This document shows positions 54,174 to 64,000 of a DNA stretch of 64,000 nucleotides, piece by piece. Made by a program: the position numbers and the translations under genes. Below the pieces are notes generated by a model that worked only from the letters and a program-made list of their open reading frames with translations, was not told the origin of the DNA and did no database searches. How positions within the stretch are numbered: position 1 is the first letter of the stretch; each line of letters starts with the position of its first letter. Origin of the DNA: Polyangia bacterium (GTDB lineage Bacteria; Myxococcota_A; Polyangia; JAAYKL01); contig JAWOBP010000209.1 of NCBI GenBank assembly GCA_046484285.1, positions 659 to 64,658 of the forward strand, given 5' to 3'.

Positions 54174-56996
54174 TCAGTCAACACTCGGGACCGGGTGAAG
54201 CGCTCGCCCCTCGCGTTTCCACCACTCCCGCAGGCGTCGAGCCATTTCGCGTCGCTGCTTGTGATCTAGCGCCCCGGCGGGCCACTCCACCGCGTCCGCG
54301 GTTGCTCTCCGCAACTCGTCGACGGCTGCCAGGCGAACGTTTTCGAGTCGATGGTTCAGCGACTCGATCGCCCATTCCAGCCTGCTCAGTGATCGATTCG
54401 ACGACCACCATGCCATCCAGCGTCGCTCGGAGAAACCGAAATCGTTGAACGTGATCCGCACCAGCGCGTCGTGGCAGCGCTCGGCCAGCACGCTGTCGAC
54501 CGAACCGAGCAGGTCTGCCAACGCCGAGACCCCCTCCGGCGCCTTCAACGCGCCGAGAGCCCCGGCGGCTATTCGCTTCTTCTCCAGCGACGACGACGGC
54601 GCGGTCAGCGTACCGGCCAGCTCGCGCATGGCCCAGCGGTACTCCGGAGTCTCTCCGTAACCCGCGATGACATCCACCGCCAGTGACCTGATCTGCCTGT
54701 CGTTGTCGAAGATGCGCTGTACGAGCGAGCCGAGAGCCTCGGGGTACTCGCAGGATGTGAACATGAACGTCGCGTAGTAGCGAACCTCCGAGTCCATGCT
54801 GTCGAGCAGCGGGACCAGCCGCGGTCCGGCGCTCGAGCCGAAGGTCGCCAGCGCGCGCAGCAGCGGACCGTGCTGCTCGACCGGCCGCGAGCGGCCGACC
54901 TCCTGGTACCGATCGCAACTCAAAGGCCCGGGAAACCGCTCGACGAGCCGCGCCAGCGCATCGTCTCCGAGCTGGACCAGGGTCAGCGCCGCCTTCTCGT
55001 CGAACCCGCCGCCAGCGGTGACCCTGTCGACGAGCTCGTCGATCTCCTCGGTCATCTCCACGACCACCGAGCGGGTCTCCGCCACCGGCGCCGCGCCCGC
55101 GGCCGGCTCCGCCGCCCGCGGCTCGGGCTCCGGCTCCGCCGCGGGCGCGGGCTGATCGATTCTGACCACCGCTCTGGCCGCCACCGCATCCGGCGGTGGA
55201 GCGGGCGGATCCCCGGGTCCGGCCTCCTCGCTCTCGACGGCCTCGACGGCCTCCGGGACCGGGGTGGGACGATCTTCGGGTGTCAGGTAATCCGCGGAGA
55301 CGCGCTCGATGTACTCGACCCGCTCCAGCAACTCCTGCGGAGGCGCGCGGAGCGGATCGAAGCCCGGCCCGCCATCCCCTTCGGTCGGGGGCTCGAAAGG
55401 AGAGGACTCGCTCGGCTGAGTCGGTCGCGACTCGACCTCCGAGAGTGTCGGCTCGGCTCCGGTCTCCTCTGCGGGCGGCTGCTCCTTTTCCGCCGCCGGG
55501 GCCGGAATGCTGGATATCGACGGCTCGGGCCATCCCTCCTCGCCGATCACATCCCCGTCTCCGAAGCCCGCCTGGGAGCGGCGGATCTTGCCGCTCAGCG
55601 AGGCTTCCGAATCCGGTTCGGCCGGCTTCCACTGCGACATCTCGGGCGCGGCCTTCCGCTCCGACCCGACCTCGGCTGGCCGATCCGTCGAGACCTTGGC
55701 CGGCGAGCGATCGTCTCCCTCGCGAAACGCCCCCAGCTTTTTCTTCAACAGGATCCGCTCGAAAGCGCGTCCGACCTCGCGGCAGAACTCGGCCAGCTTG
55801 GCGACCCGGTTGGCCCGCACGCCCTCGCGGCCCGAGTCGCCGTAGAGCATCAGGATCAGCCGCTGCCGCACGAAGACCGGAATGACCGTGCAGCTCCGCG
55901 GCGGCTCGCGCTGCAGGCGCGCCAGCACCTCGGCGTCGGCCGGATGGTCCCCGGGGGGACCGAGGTGGTAGCCGCGCGTGACGAACACGGTGTTGAACAT
56001 CCCGCTCCGCTCCAGCGAGACCTCCACGTCCTCGATGCCGTACGGCGGCCGACCGCGAAAGACCGCGCTGCGCCCGTGAGCCGTCTTGCCCTGGACCACC
56101 AGCAACGCAGTGTAATCGAACGCCTGCCCGGCGAACGCGAGCAGCAGATCCAGTATCTCGTCGCGCCCCTCGGCCGACTCCAGCTCCCGGACGGCCTCGG
56201 AGAAGCGCAGACGTCGCGGCTCGTAGCCGCGCTCCTTCTTCTCCTCGACCGGCTCCTTCTCCGCGAGGCGCCGGGCCGGACGCGCGGCCGGCCGGCCGAA
56301 CGGAGAGGTGTCTTCGCCCGAGCGTCCCCGCCGCTCGGCGGTCACGAACTTGATGGTCGATTCGCCCTCCTGCCGAACAGGCCTCGAGGGTTCGATCACG
56401 ATCGGCGTCTCGAGCGGCGGCTGCGGCTCGACCACGGGAGCCTCCCGCTGCCAGACCGGCGCAGAATCCTCCTTGCGCACCGCCTCCGGCCGGGGCTGCT
56501 CGGCCGGCTCCGCGTCGACCTCGAAATCCGGCTGAAAACGACGTTGCAACGCCGCCATTCTCGCCGAAAGCGGGACACCGTAATAGCGATTGAGCGCCAT
56601 CGCCAGTCGGAACTCGAGCGCCAGACGCGGCGTCACCTCGAAGCTGGCCAGCCGAGAAATCCGCTCCAGCGCCTCGCTCGGCGGCGGTCCGGCGCAGGCG
56701 ACCAGCAGGGCGTTGCCCTGAAGCCGCACCGGCACGATCTGATGGTCGCGCGCGACCTCGGGCGGAACCGTCTTGAGCACGCGGGGGTCGATGTTCTCCA
56801 AAGCGGCGCGCGACAGCACGGGCAGCCGCACGACCCGACCGATGTACTCCGCCAGCACGTCCTCGTCGACGAGACCCAGCTCCAGGAGGTTCGTGGCCAG
56901 GTCTCCGCCGAAGATCACCTGCCGCTGGAGCGCCTGCTCCACCTGGGTGACGGAGAGAACCTGGTCCTGGACCAGCAATGAGCTCAAAGCGGACAT
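54174..56996 (-). CDS. GspE/PilB N-terminal (degenerate MshEN) + GAF-like + Pro/Glu linker + HEAT-repeat protein (FrgA-like architecture)
   Basis: N-terminus LLVQDQVLSVTQVEQALQRQVIFGGDLATNLLELG...VP.EVAR...IVP. GAF-like segment RDEI...VIPVFVRQRLILMLYGD. HEAT repeats and W.AWW near the end. No ATPase domain. Confidence 0.7.
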   Translation of the reverse strand: MSALSSLLVQDQVLSVTQVEQALQRQVIFGGDLATNLLELGLVDEDVLAEYIGRVVRLPVLSRAALENIDPRVLKTVPPEVARDHQIVPVRLQGNALLVACAGPPPSEALERISRLASFEVTPRLALEFRLAMALNRYYGVPLSARMAALQRRFQPDFEVDAEPAEQPRPEAVRKEDSAPVWQREAPVVEPQPPLETPIVIEPSRPVRQEGESTIKFVTAERRGRSGEDTSPFGRPAARPARRLAEKEPVEEKKERGYEPRRLRFSEAVRELESAEGRDEILDLLLAFAGQAFDYTALLVVQGKTAHGRSAVFRGRPPYGIEDVEVSLERSGMFNTVFVTRGYHLGPPGDHPADAEVLARLQREPPRSCTVIPVFVRQRLILMLYGDSGREGVRANRVAKLAEFCREVGRAFERILLKKKLGAFREGDDRSPAKVSTDRPAEVGSERKAAPEMSQWKPAEPDSEASLSGKIRRSQAGFGDGDVIGEEGWPEPSISSIPAPAAEKEQPPAEETGAEPTLSEVESRPTQPSESSPFEPPTEGDGGPGFDPLRAPPQELLERVEYIERVSADYLTPEDRPTPVPEAVEAVESEEAGPGDPPAPPPDAVAARAVVRIDQPAPAAEPEPEPRAAEPAAGAAPVAETRSVVVEMTEEIDELVDRVTAGGGFDEKAALTLVQLGDDALARLVERFPGPLSCDRYQEVGRSRPVEQHGPLLRALATFGSSAGPRLVPLLDSMDSEVRYYATFMFTSCEYPEALGSLVQRIFDNDRQIRSLAVDVIAGYGETPEYRWAMRELAGTLTAPSSSLEKKRIAAGALGALKAPEGVSALADLLGSVDSVLAERCHDALVRITFNDFGFSERRWMAWWSSNRSLSRLEWAIESLNHRLENVRLAAVDELRRATADAVEWPAGALDHKQRREMARRLREWWKREGRALHPVPSVD

Positions 56997-57059
56997 CGGA
57001 AATACAGCTTATGAGTGCGCGGTCGATTTTTCTAGAGACTTTTGATCTATTTGGCTCAA

Positions 57060-57785
57060 CTACTCGAAACCACCGGCAAAGGCAACGGCCAGGGCGGTCG
57101 CCGCGACCGCCGCGGTCTCCGCTCGCAGAACCGTGGGACCCAGACGGACCGCGACGAAACCCAGCTCCTCCGCCCGAAAGACCTCCTCCGGCTCGAAGCC
57201 GCCCTCGGGCCCGGTCGCCACCGCCACCCCAAGGCTCGGGTCCGCGCGGCGCAGCTCCTCCATCAGGCTCGGCAGCCCCGGGTCCGTGTGCAGAATCAGC
57301 CGCAGGCGGTCGCGATCCGCGCTTCGCAGCGCCTCGTCCGTCTCTGTCGGAGAATCGACGCGAAGGGGCGTCGCCCGCCCGCACTGGCGCAGCGATTCCG
57401 CGGCGATGCGGCGCCAGCGCGAGACCCGATCCTCGCCCGGCAGAGCCACGGTCCTGCCGGTCAGCAGGGGTGTCAGCCGTTCGGCTCCCAGCTCTCCGAT
57501 CCTGCGCACCGCGTCGTCGAACAGCCTCCGCTTGGGAACGGCGGCGAGAGCGTGGACCGGGACCGCTCGCGGAGCGTCGGGCAGGCTCCGGATCGAGCGC
57601 AGCACGGCCGCTTTCTTGTCGATTCGCTCTATCTCGGCCAGCGCTCGCCTCCCGCTCGCGTCCCCGACCTCGACCGAGTCGCCCGCGGCGAGACGCCGCA
57701 CGCGCGCCAGGTACCGCAGCTCGTCGCCGACCACGCTCAGCGACTCGCCGGGCTCGCCGACCCGCTCCACCAGCACCCGTGTCAA
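57060..57785 (-). CDS. rsmE: 16S rRNA m3U1498 methyltransferase
   Basis: Motifs YLARVRRL, ELG, E..RQCGR, GPEGGF and LGPTVLRAETA. The TTG start overlaps the prmA stop. Confidence 0.9.
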   Translation of the reverse strand: MTRVLVERVGEPGESLSVVGDELRYLARVRRLAAGDSVEVGDASGRRALAEIERIDKKAAVLRSIRSLPDAPRAVPVHALAAVPKRRLFDDAVRRIGELGAERLTPLLTGRTVALPGEDRVSRWRRIAAESLRQCGRATPLRVDSPTETDEALRSADRDRLRLILHTDPGLPSLMEELRRADPSLGVAVATGPEGGFEPEEVFRAEELGFVAVRLGPTVLRAETAAVAATALAVAFAGGFE

Positions 57786-58645
57786 ATCGGCCTCCGCACC
57801 GCGACCGCTCCCCAGCCTTCCCGATCCCGCCGCTCCCTCTCCTCGAAGCCCGGCCACAGCTCCAGACAGGGGTTCACCTGGTCGACCAGCAGACCGCTGA
57901 GCAGCGCCTCTCCTCCCGGCGCGACGAGCCGGGCGATCCGCTCGGCGCAATCGCGAAACACCGGCAGCTCCAGGTTGGCCAGCACCAACGGCCAGCCGCC
58001 GGAGACCTCCCGGGGATCGGCACATCGCACCGAGACGATCTCCTCCACTCGGTTGACCCGCAGGTTCTCCTCGGCCGCGCGCACCGCCTCGGGATCGTTA
58101 TCGATTCCCTCCACGAGCCCGGCGCCGAGCTTGGCCGCCGCCACGGCCAGGACTCCGGATCCGGTCCCCACGTCCAGCACCCGCAACGGAAGATCCGCGC
58201 TCAACGCCCTGGCCTCGATCATCTCCAGCACCAGGCGGGTGGTGGCGTGGCCGCCGGTGCCGAACGCCGCTCCCGGGTCGATGACGATCACCTCGCGCCG
58301 ATCGTCGGACGGCTCCATCCAGGGCGTCACCACGCGCAGAATCTCGAGCTCCACAGGCGAGAAGAACTCCCGCCAACCGACGCTCCAGCCATCGTCGACC
58401 ACCTCGATCGCCTCGACCCGGGCGGCCGGCTCCAGGCGCGAGATCTCCTCCGCGACCCGGTCGCGAATCCGGGCCTCTTCGAAACCCGCGCGCAGCTCGC
58501 TCGTCTCCCCCGCTCCGGCCGAGAGCGTGTCTCGATCCCGCACCTCCACCGAATCCGCGCCGCGCTCCCACAGCTCCCAGCACAGATCGTCGGCCCGATC
58601 GACGTCGGTGTGCACCACCAGGCAAGGCCAGGCGTCACGCTTCAT
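57782..58645 (-). CDS. prmA: Ribosomal protein L11 methyltransferase
   Basis: Motifs IDPGAAFGTGGHATT, VLDVGTGSGVL, IDND, LANL and LSGLL. Confidence 0.9.
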   Translation of the reverse strand: MKRDAWPCLVVHTDVDRADDLCWELWERGADSVEVRDRDTLSAGAGETSELRAGFEEARIRDRVAEEISRLEPAARVEAIEVVDDGWSVGWREFFSPVELEILRVVTPWMEPSDDRREVIVIDPGAAFGTGGHATTRLVLEMIEARALSADLPLRVLDVGTGSGVLAVAAAKLGAGLVEGIDNDPEAVRAAEENLRVNRVEEIVSVRCADPREVSGGWPLVLANLELPVFRDCAERIARLVAPGGEALLSGLLVDQVNPCLELWPGFEERERRDREGWGAVAVRRPI

Positions 58646-61600
58646 CTTCCGCTTTTCCGGCGCCGGAGCGTCTCGGCCAGCCGCCGCGCCTGGTCGCGCT
58701 CTCCCCCTTCGAGAGCGGGCATCGCCTGGTCCAGCAGCTCGACGATATCCGCGTCCGGCCAGGCGCGCGTCTCGGCCAACGCCGCGGCGAGCCTGTAGAG
58801 GCGCCTGGCCGTCAGGTCGTATCCGGGCGCCACCAGCCGCACCCGCTCCAGGCTGCGCGCCACCGCGTGCAGGTCGCCCAGCAGCCAGGCGCTGTCGGCC
58901 AGCCCGAGCAGCACTTCCGGGTTGTCCGGGTCCTCGTCGGCCGCCTGCGAGAACCAGTGATGCGCGCGTCCGGGATCGGACAGCGCGTCCAGGTGCAGGC
59001 GACCGACCACGGCCAGGTGCGCCGCGCTGGGCCGATCACCGATCATGTACGCCAGGCGGGCGAGCACCTCGGCCTGGCTGCGGGAGTCGCCCTGCCGCTC
59101 GTAGACCTGGGCCAGCAGCTCCAGCGCCTGGGGATCTCCGCCCGCGACGCGATCCGCCAGCTCCAGCAGCTCGCGCGCGGCGTCGCCGTCCCCGAGCCTC
59201 ATCTGCGCCAGGCCCAGGCGACGGTAGACGACCGGCTTTATCGATCGATCGCCCACTCTCGCGAGCAGGCGATCGGTCAGCGCGGCCAGATCGCGATCGC
59301 TTTCGGGATCGGTCGCGACGCGCGCCAGCCCCTCGGCGGCCGGGACCGGAATCGGATCGCCGGAGACCAGCTCCAGGTATCGATCGCGCGCTTCGGAGAT
59401 ACGGCCGAGATGCTCCGCGGCCCTCGCCCGCCAGAGTCGCAGATCCTGGTCGTCCGACTCCTCGGGCAGGCGCTGCAGGCGGCCGTCCAGCTCGCGCCAC
59501 TGCTGCCGCCCGACGTAGAGACCGGCCAGCGCGCGGTTGGCGCGCGGCTCGTCTGGCACGGCCCTCGTCGCGCGCCGGTAGCACTCCTCGGCTCCGTTCT
59601 CGTCTCCGAGCTTGTCCTCGAGCAGGTTCCCCAAGGCGACCGCCAGCCGAGCGGTCTCCGCCGCCGGAATCCCGCTCTCGAGGCGGGTGCGCAGGCGCTC
59701 GGCCAGGCTCTCCCAGTCTCCCCTGCGCTCCAGGATGCTTTGCATCCGCGCCCAGGGGCCGCTGTCGGCGGGGCGCAGGTCGAGCATCGCGTCCAGACCC
59801 TGAACCGCCTCCATCTCCCGTCCCCGGGCCAGATCCAGCTCGACGCGAGCCTCCAGCACGGCCCAGTGATCCTCGACATCCAGTACCTTCTCCACGCCCG
59901 CCAGGCGGTCCAGCAGCCCGCCGAGCTCCTTTCCGTCGGAGGCCGGATCCAGCAGCCCCACCAGCGCTGCGATCCAGTTGGGATCCGGGTTGAGCTCCAC
60001 CCCCCGCCGCCAGAACTCGCGCGCTCTTTCGATGTCCCCGTCCTGGGCGGCGAGGCGGGCCGCCCGCGCCTGGTGGACCCCGTCCGCGTCGCCGCTTCGC
60101 GCGATCTCGCCGGCGATGCGCGCGGCCTCCTTCACGTCGCCGCGCCGCTCCAGCAGCTCGGCGAGGACCTCCATCTCGGGAGGGGAGAGCCCCTCGGCCC
60201 GGTGCGCGGCCAGCAGATCCTCGGCGGCGCCGCCCGGCTCTCCCAGCCGCGTGCGACGAATCGCCGCGCGGCGCCTGAGCAGGCCGGCTCGCTCCTCCCC
60301 GCCGGTGCCCTCCATCGCCAGAGTCAGCATCTCCTCGGCCAGCGGCCAGCGCCCTCCCGCAGCCGAAGCGTCCGCCGCCGCCCGCACCAGCTCGCGATCC
60401 TGCGGGCGTAGCCGGGCCGCGGCAACCAGGTCTTCCAGACCCTCGGCCGGATCTCCGGTCGCTTCGCTGCGTGCAGCCGCCCGGCGCGCAAGCAGCTCGG
60501 CGCGCTCCTCGTCGGAGCCCGTCAGCTCGAGACGTCTGCCCAGCACTGCGACGAGCTGACGTCGATCGCCCTCCGCTTCCAGCAGCCGTGCCAGCTCGTC
60601 CAGGTGCTCGACCCGATCCGGCTCGAGGCCGACGATCCGACGCCAGCTGGAAATCGCCTCCAGAGACCGGCCGGCCCGCTCCAGGGCCCCGGCTCGAAGC
60701 TTTTCCAGATCCACGGAGCGTCGCGACTCGGGAATCCTTTTCACCAGCTGTGCCGCCTCTTCCCAGGCCTGTCGCTCGACCGCGTCCGCCGCCACCCTGG
60801 CCAGCACCTCGCCATTGCTCGCATCCGCCTCCAGCGCGCGGCGCAACAGCTCGCTCGAATGATCGGCGGCACTGGCCGCGGCGGCGAGGTCGGCCGCCCG
60901 CACCAAAAACGCCGCCGCCTCCCTCGGCTCGGAGACCGCCGCCCGCGCCTCCAGGCAGCGCACCCGCACAGCCAGATCTCCGAGCTGCGAAGCGATCTCC
61001 AGCGCTCGCGAAGCGATCTCCAGCGCCCGCCGCGAAGGCGCCTCCCCTTCGATCTCCGCCAGCAGGGCGTCGACCGCCTCGCGGGGCGCCGCCAGTGGGC
61101 CGGACAGCAGCTCGGCCAGGCTCATCACGATCCGGTTCCGCTCGCCGGCGTCCCGCTCGCGTTCCAGCATCCCCTGGAGATGATCGGCCAGCTCGCCCCA
61201 GCGCGAGGCTTCCCGCAGCTGATCGGCGAGCGCCGCGGCGACTCTCGGATCGTCGCCGCCGACCTCGCGCGCGCGGCGCAGCATCGCCAGCGCCGACTCG
61301 ACGTCGCCCCGCAGCTCGCGATGGATCCGCGCCAGCTCCAGCAGCCGCTCGATCTCCGCACGCGGGTCGGGCTCGGCGCGCGACTCGAGCAGCCTCGCCA
61401 GCTCGTCGTGGCGACCGGCCAGCTCCAGCTCCGCGGCCAGCTCCGCGCGCGCCTCGGCGTCGCCTTTCGCCAGCTCGCCCAGCACCTCGATCGCCTCGTC
61501 GCGGCGACCGGATCGTTTGAGCGCGGCGGCCAGCATCTGGGCCGTCTCCTTCTCGGGCGCGATCGACTGCGCCCGGCGCAGGGCCTCGGCCGCGCTGCCG

Positions 61601-64000
61601 TGCTGCCCCTCGGCCGAGAAGAAGTCGGCCGCCCTCTTGAGGTCGGCAATCGCATCCTCGCCGTCGCCGGCGGTGCGGACCAGCAGATCGGCGAGCTGAG
61701 CGCGGTCGCCGGTCGACTCCACGATATCCACCAACTCGTCGCGCGCGCCGGGATAGGCCGGATCGATCTGCACGATCTCTTCCAGGATCTCCCGCGCCGC
61801 CGCTGTGTCACGAACCTCGCTGCGCCGCACGCGGGCGGCCATCAGCAGCAGCTCCTTGGCCTTTTCCTCGTCGACATTCTCGGCGACGCGCTCCAGCGTG
61901 CCGGCCGCCTGCTCGGCGCGCCCCAGGAAGAGCAACGCCTTGGCCGCGATCAGGGCCGAGCGGGCTCGCAGGGAAGCGGGCCCGGAGCCGGCGGCCGTCG
62001 CCGCCTCCAGCGCCCGCTCGTGGTCCCCGGTCTTGAGAGCCGCCTCGGCCTCCCCCAGCGCGGCGAGGTGCTCGCCCTCGGTCTCCACTCCCCGCTCGCG
62101 CCGCGCCGCGGCGAACAGGTCACGCGCCGCGTCGGGGTTGTCCGCCTCGGTGAACAGCTCGGCCATCTCCAGAAGCGCGCCCCGCCTCGAATCCGGCGGA
62201 AGGTCGGGCAGTGCCTCGCGCAGCAGCGAAGCGGCCCGGTTGGTGTGACCGGCGGCGGCCAGCAGCCGCGACCTCTCCGCCAGGGCGAGCGCCGCCTCCT
62301 CGCCACGCCCGGCCTTTCTCAGGCTGCGGGCCAGCGAGTCGAGCTCGCCCTCCAGCTCCTCGCTCCTGCCCAGACGCCGCAGGGCATCGACCAGAGCGCG
62401 GCGAGCCTCCACCAGCTCGGGCCTGCTTTCCAGCGCTCCTCGCAACCAGCCGACGGCCGCGCCGGGGTTCTGGAAGTCGTCCAGCTCCAGCGTCCCGATC
62501 TCTGCGGCCATCTCGCTGCGCGTTTCGGGATCGTCGACGCTGTCGAGCCGCTCCAGCAGCAAGCCGCGCAGCCGCGCCTTCTCACCGGCGCCCCGGCTGG
62601 CGCGAATCAGCTCGTCGACTATCTCGAGCCGCCGGGGAAATCGCTCGCGGGCGGCCTCCAACGTCGAGAGGGCCGCCGAAAACGCCCCCGCCTCGATACG
62701 GGCACGAGCCAGGGCCAGCACTGTGTCCGCGGTCGGCTCCTCGGCCAGCACCCGCTCCAGCTCTTCGGTCAGCTCGGCCCAGCGGCCCTGCCGCTCGAGC
62801 AGGCCGAGATGCGTCCTTTGCGCTCCCTCGGCCGACTCCTCGTGGCGCGACGCCTCGGCGAGCCAGGGCTCGGCCGCGGCCGGCGCCTCCAACTCCTCCA
62901 GGTAGATTCTCGCCAGCTCCAGCGCGGCCATCCCGCGGTGGAAACCATCCTCCACCGACTCGCCTCCGCGCAGGGACTGCTCCAGCACGTTCGCCGCCTC
63001 CGCGTGCCTGCCGCACGCCTCGAGGGCGCCCGCCAGCCGGCGCAGTCGCTCCGGAACGCGCGGACCGATCTCGATCGCCTTGCGGTACCTGGGCACGGCC
63101 AGCCGCGGCTCGCCGCCTCGAGCCCAGGCATCCGCGATCGAAGCACAGGCGCGAGCCGCCCCGGCCGTATCCCCCCGCTCTTCGCAGCGCCGCTCCAGGC
63201 GCTCGTAGCCGCTGATCGCGCGCTCCGCCTCCCCGCTGCGCGCCAGGGCATCGGCCAACCCCCAGGCGAAGGACAGATCGTCGGGATTGGCCAATGTGGC
63301 CCGCTCGAAATGCCGCACCGCGCGCTCGGCGTCTCCCAGCTCCTCGAGCATGATTCGTCCGGCCCGGCCGTGGGCCTCCCCCCGAGTGCCTGGGCTTTTG
63401 TGGATCGCGATCCAGCGCTGGATCAAGCGCTCGACCGTTTCTGATTCTCCGAGCGCCGCGCGCGTGCGGACCAGCTCCAGCAACGCGTCCGGATCGTCCC
63501 GTCGCGCGGCCAGCGCGCGGTCGAGCCAGTCCGCCGCCGCCGCCGGATCGCTCTCGGACAGCAGGCGGCCAATCCGCAGGCCGGCGGCCAGCCTCTCCAG
63601 CGCGCAACCCCGCTCGAACAGCTGCTCGAGAAAACGCACCTCGCCGGCGGCGTCCCCTGAAAGCGCCCCGATCTGGGCCAGCACCGCCAGCAGGCCGTTT
63701 TGGGACTCGTCGCGCTCGAATGCCTCCATCGCCAGGGCGCGGGCGCTCTCGCGCAAATCGGGAGAGACGGCGTCGATCATCGCCAGTCGCTCGGCGACGA
63801 TCGCGTTGTCCGGCTCCTGCTCCAACAGTCGCGCGTACGCCTTGCGCGCGTCCTGCGGTTCCCCCCGCGCGAGCCGATCATCTCCCGGCCGGGTGAGGCG
63901 CGCCTCCTCGAGCTTGCGCAGGCGGGCGATGCCGATCTCGCGCCTGCTCTCGTCTTGTGTGGATCTCGCCAGCTCCGCATCGCGGTAGTCCAGCTCCGCT
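58642..64000 (-). CDS. Giant TPR/alpha-solenoid protein (>1780 aa), 5' part outside the window
   Basis: Continuous TPR-like units. The frame stays open from 63825 to the window end, so the true start is upstream. Confidence 0.75.
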   Translation of the reverse strand, partial: AELDYRDAELARSTQDESRREIGIARLRKLEEARLTRPGDDRLARGEPQDARKAYARLLEQEPDNAIVAERLAMIDAVSPDLRESARALAMEAFERDESQNGLLAVLAQIGALSGDAAGEVRFLEQLFERGCALERLAAGLRIGRLLSESDPAAAADWLDRALAARRDDPDALLELVRTRAALGESETVERLIQRWIAIHKSPGTRGEAHGRAGRIMLEELGDAERAVRHFERATLANPDDLSFAWGLADALARSGEAERAISGYERLERRCEERGDTAGAARACASIADAWARGGEPRLAVPRYRKAIEIGPRVPERLRRLAGALEACGRHAEAANVLEQSLRGGESVEDGFHRGMAALELARIYLEELEAPAAAEPWLAEASRHEESAEGAQRTHLGLLERQGRWAELTEELERVLAEEPTADTVLALARARIEAGAFSAALSTLEAARERFPRRLEIVDELIRASRGAGEKARLRGLLLERLDSVDDPETRSEMAAEIGTLELDDFQNPGAAVGWLRGALESRPELVEARRALVDALRRLGRSEELEGELDSLARSLRKAGRGEEAALALAERSRLLAAAGHTNRAASLLREALPDLPPDSRRGALLEMAELFTEADNPDAARDLFAAARRERGVETEGEHLAALGEAEAALKTGDHERALEAATAAGSGPASLRARSALIAAKALLFLGRAEQAAGTLERVAENVDEEKAKELLLMAARVRRSEVRDTAAAREILEEIVQIDPAYPGARDELVDIVESTGDRAQLADLLVRTAGDGEDAIADLKRAADFFSAEGQHGSAAEALRRAQSIAPEKETAQMLAAALKRSGRRDEAIEVLGELAKGDAEARAELAAELELAGRHDELARLLESRAEPDPRAEIERLLELARIHRELRGDVESALAMLRRAREVGGDDPRVAAALADQLREASRWGELADHLQGMLERERDAGERNRIVMSLAELLSGPLAAPREAVDALLAEIEGEAPSRRALEIASRALEIASQLGDLAVRVRCLEARAAVSEPREAAAFLVRAADLAAAASAADHSSELLRRALEADASNGEVLARVAADAVERQAWEEAAQLVKRIPESRRSVDLEKLRAGALERAGRSLEAISSWRRIVGLEPDRVEHLDELARLLEAEGDRRQLVAVLGRRLELTGSDEERAELLARRAAARSEATGDPAEGLEDLVAAARLRPQDRELVRAAADASAAGGRWPLAEEMLTLAMEGTGGEERAGLLRRRAAIRRTRLGEPGGAAEDLLAAHRAEGLSPPEMEVLAELLERRGDVKEAARIAGEIARSGDADGVHQARAARLAAQDGDIERAREFWRRGVELNPDPNWIAALVGLLDPASDGKELGGLLDRLAGVEKVLDVEDHWAVLEARVELDLARGREMEAVQGLDAMLDLRPADSGPWARMQSILERRGDWESLAERLRTRLESGIPAAETARLAVALGNLLEDKLGDENGAEECYRRATRAVPDEPRANRALAGLYVGRQQWRELDGRLQRLPEESDDQDLRLWRARAAEHLGRISEARDRYLELVSGDPIPVPAAEGLARVATDPESDRDLAALTDRLLARVGDRSIKPVVYRRLGLAQMRLGDGDAARELLELADRVAGGDPQALELLAQVYERQGDSRSQAEVLARLAYMIGDRPSAAHLAVVGRLHLDALSDPGRAHHWFSQAADEDPDNPEVLLGLADSAWLLGDLHAVARSLERVRLVAPGYDLTARRLYRLAAALAETRAWPDADIVELLDQAMPALEGGERDQARRLAETLRRRKSGR

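Overview
The window looks like two unrelated genomes joined near position 3,430. Bases 1-~3,430 are roughly 50% GC by eye and Bacteroidota-like. They carry a split lysine-ketoglutarate reductase/saccharopine dehydrogenase pair, purC and a 5'-truncated phoH. The rest is roughly 70% GC and resembles Myxococcota/deltaproteobacterial DNA. It carries: a sigma-54 activator fused to a degenerate GGDEF domain, next to a Ser/Thr kinase-STAND-FGE gene; many lipoproteins with Asp-X dipeptide-repeat stalks; cofactor and salvage genes (ribA, non-Cys thi4-thiE, a second purC, hpt, minimal sufCB, pncAB, nadD); phoBR with an upstream Pho box; tnaA; and a >20 kb tightly packed minus-strand gene run (three giant TPR proteins, a degenerate MshEN-GAF-HEAT protein, prmA, rsmE, nadD, DUF2520). 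Non-obvious signals are a decayed DGR/group II-type reverse transcriptase motif directly behind the FGE domain, a 165-bp CTAG-bounded MITE-like element, several short gene scars in intergenic gaps, an in-frame TGA in a flavin reductase, and pseudo-M48 C-terminal domains on the TPR paralogs. I found no rRNA, tRNA or CRISPR array. All family calls come from motif recognition by eye, not from database searches.
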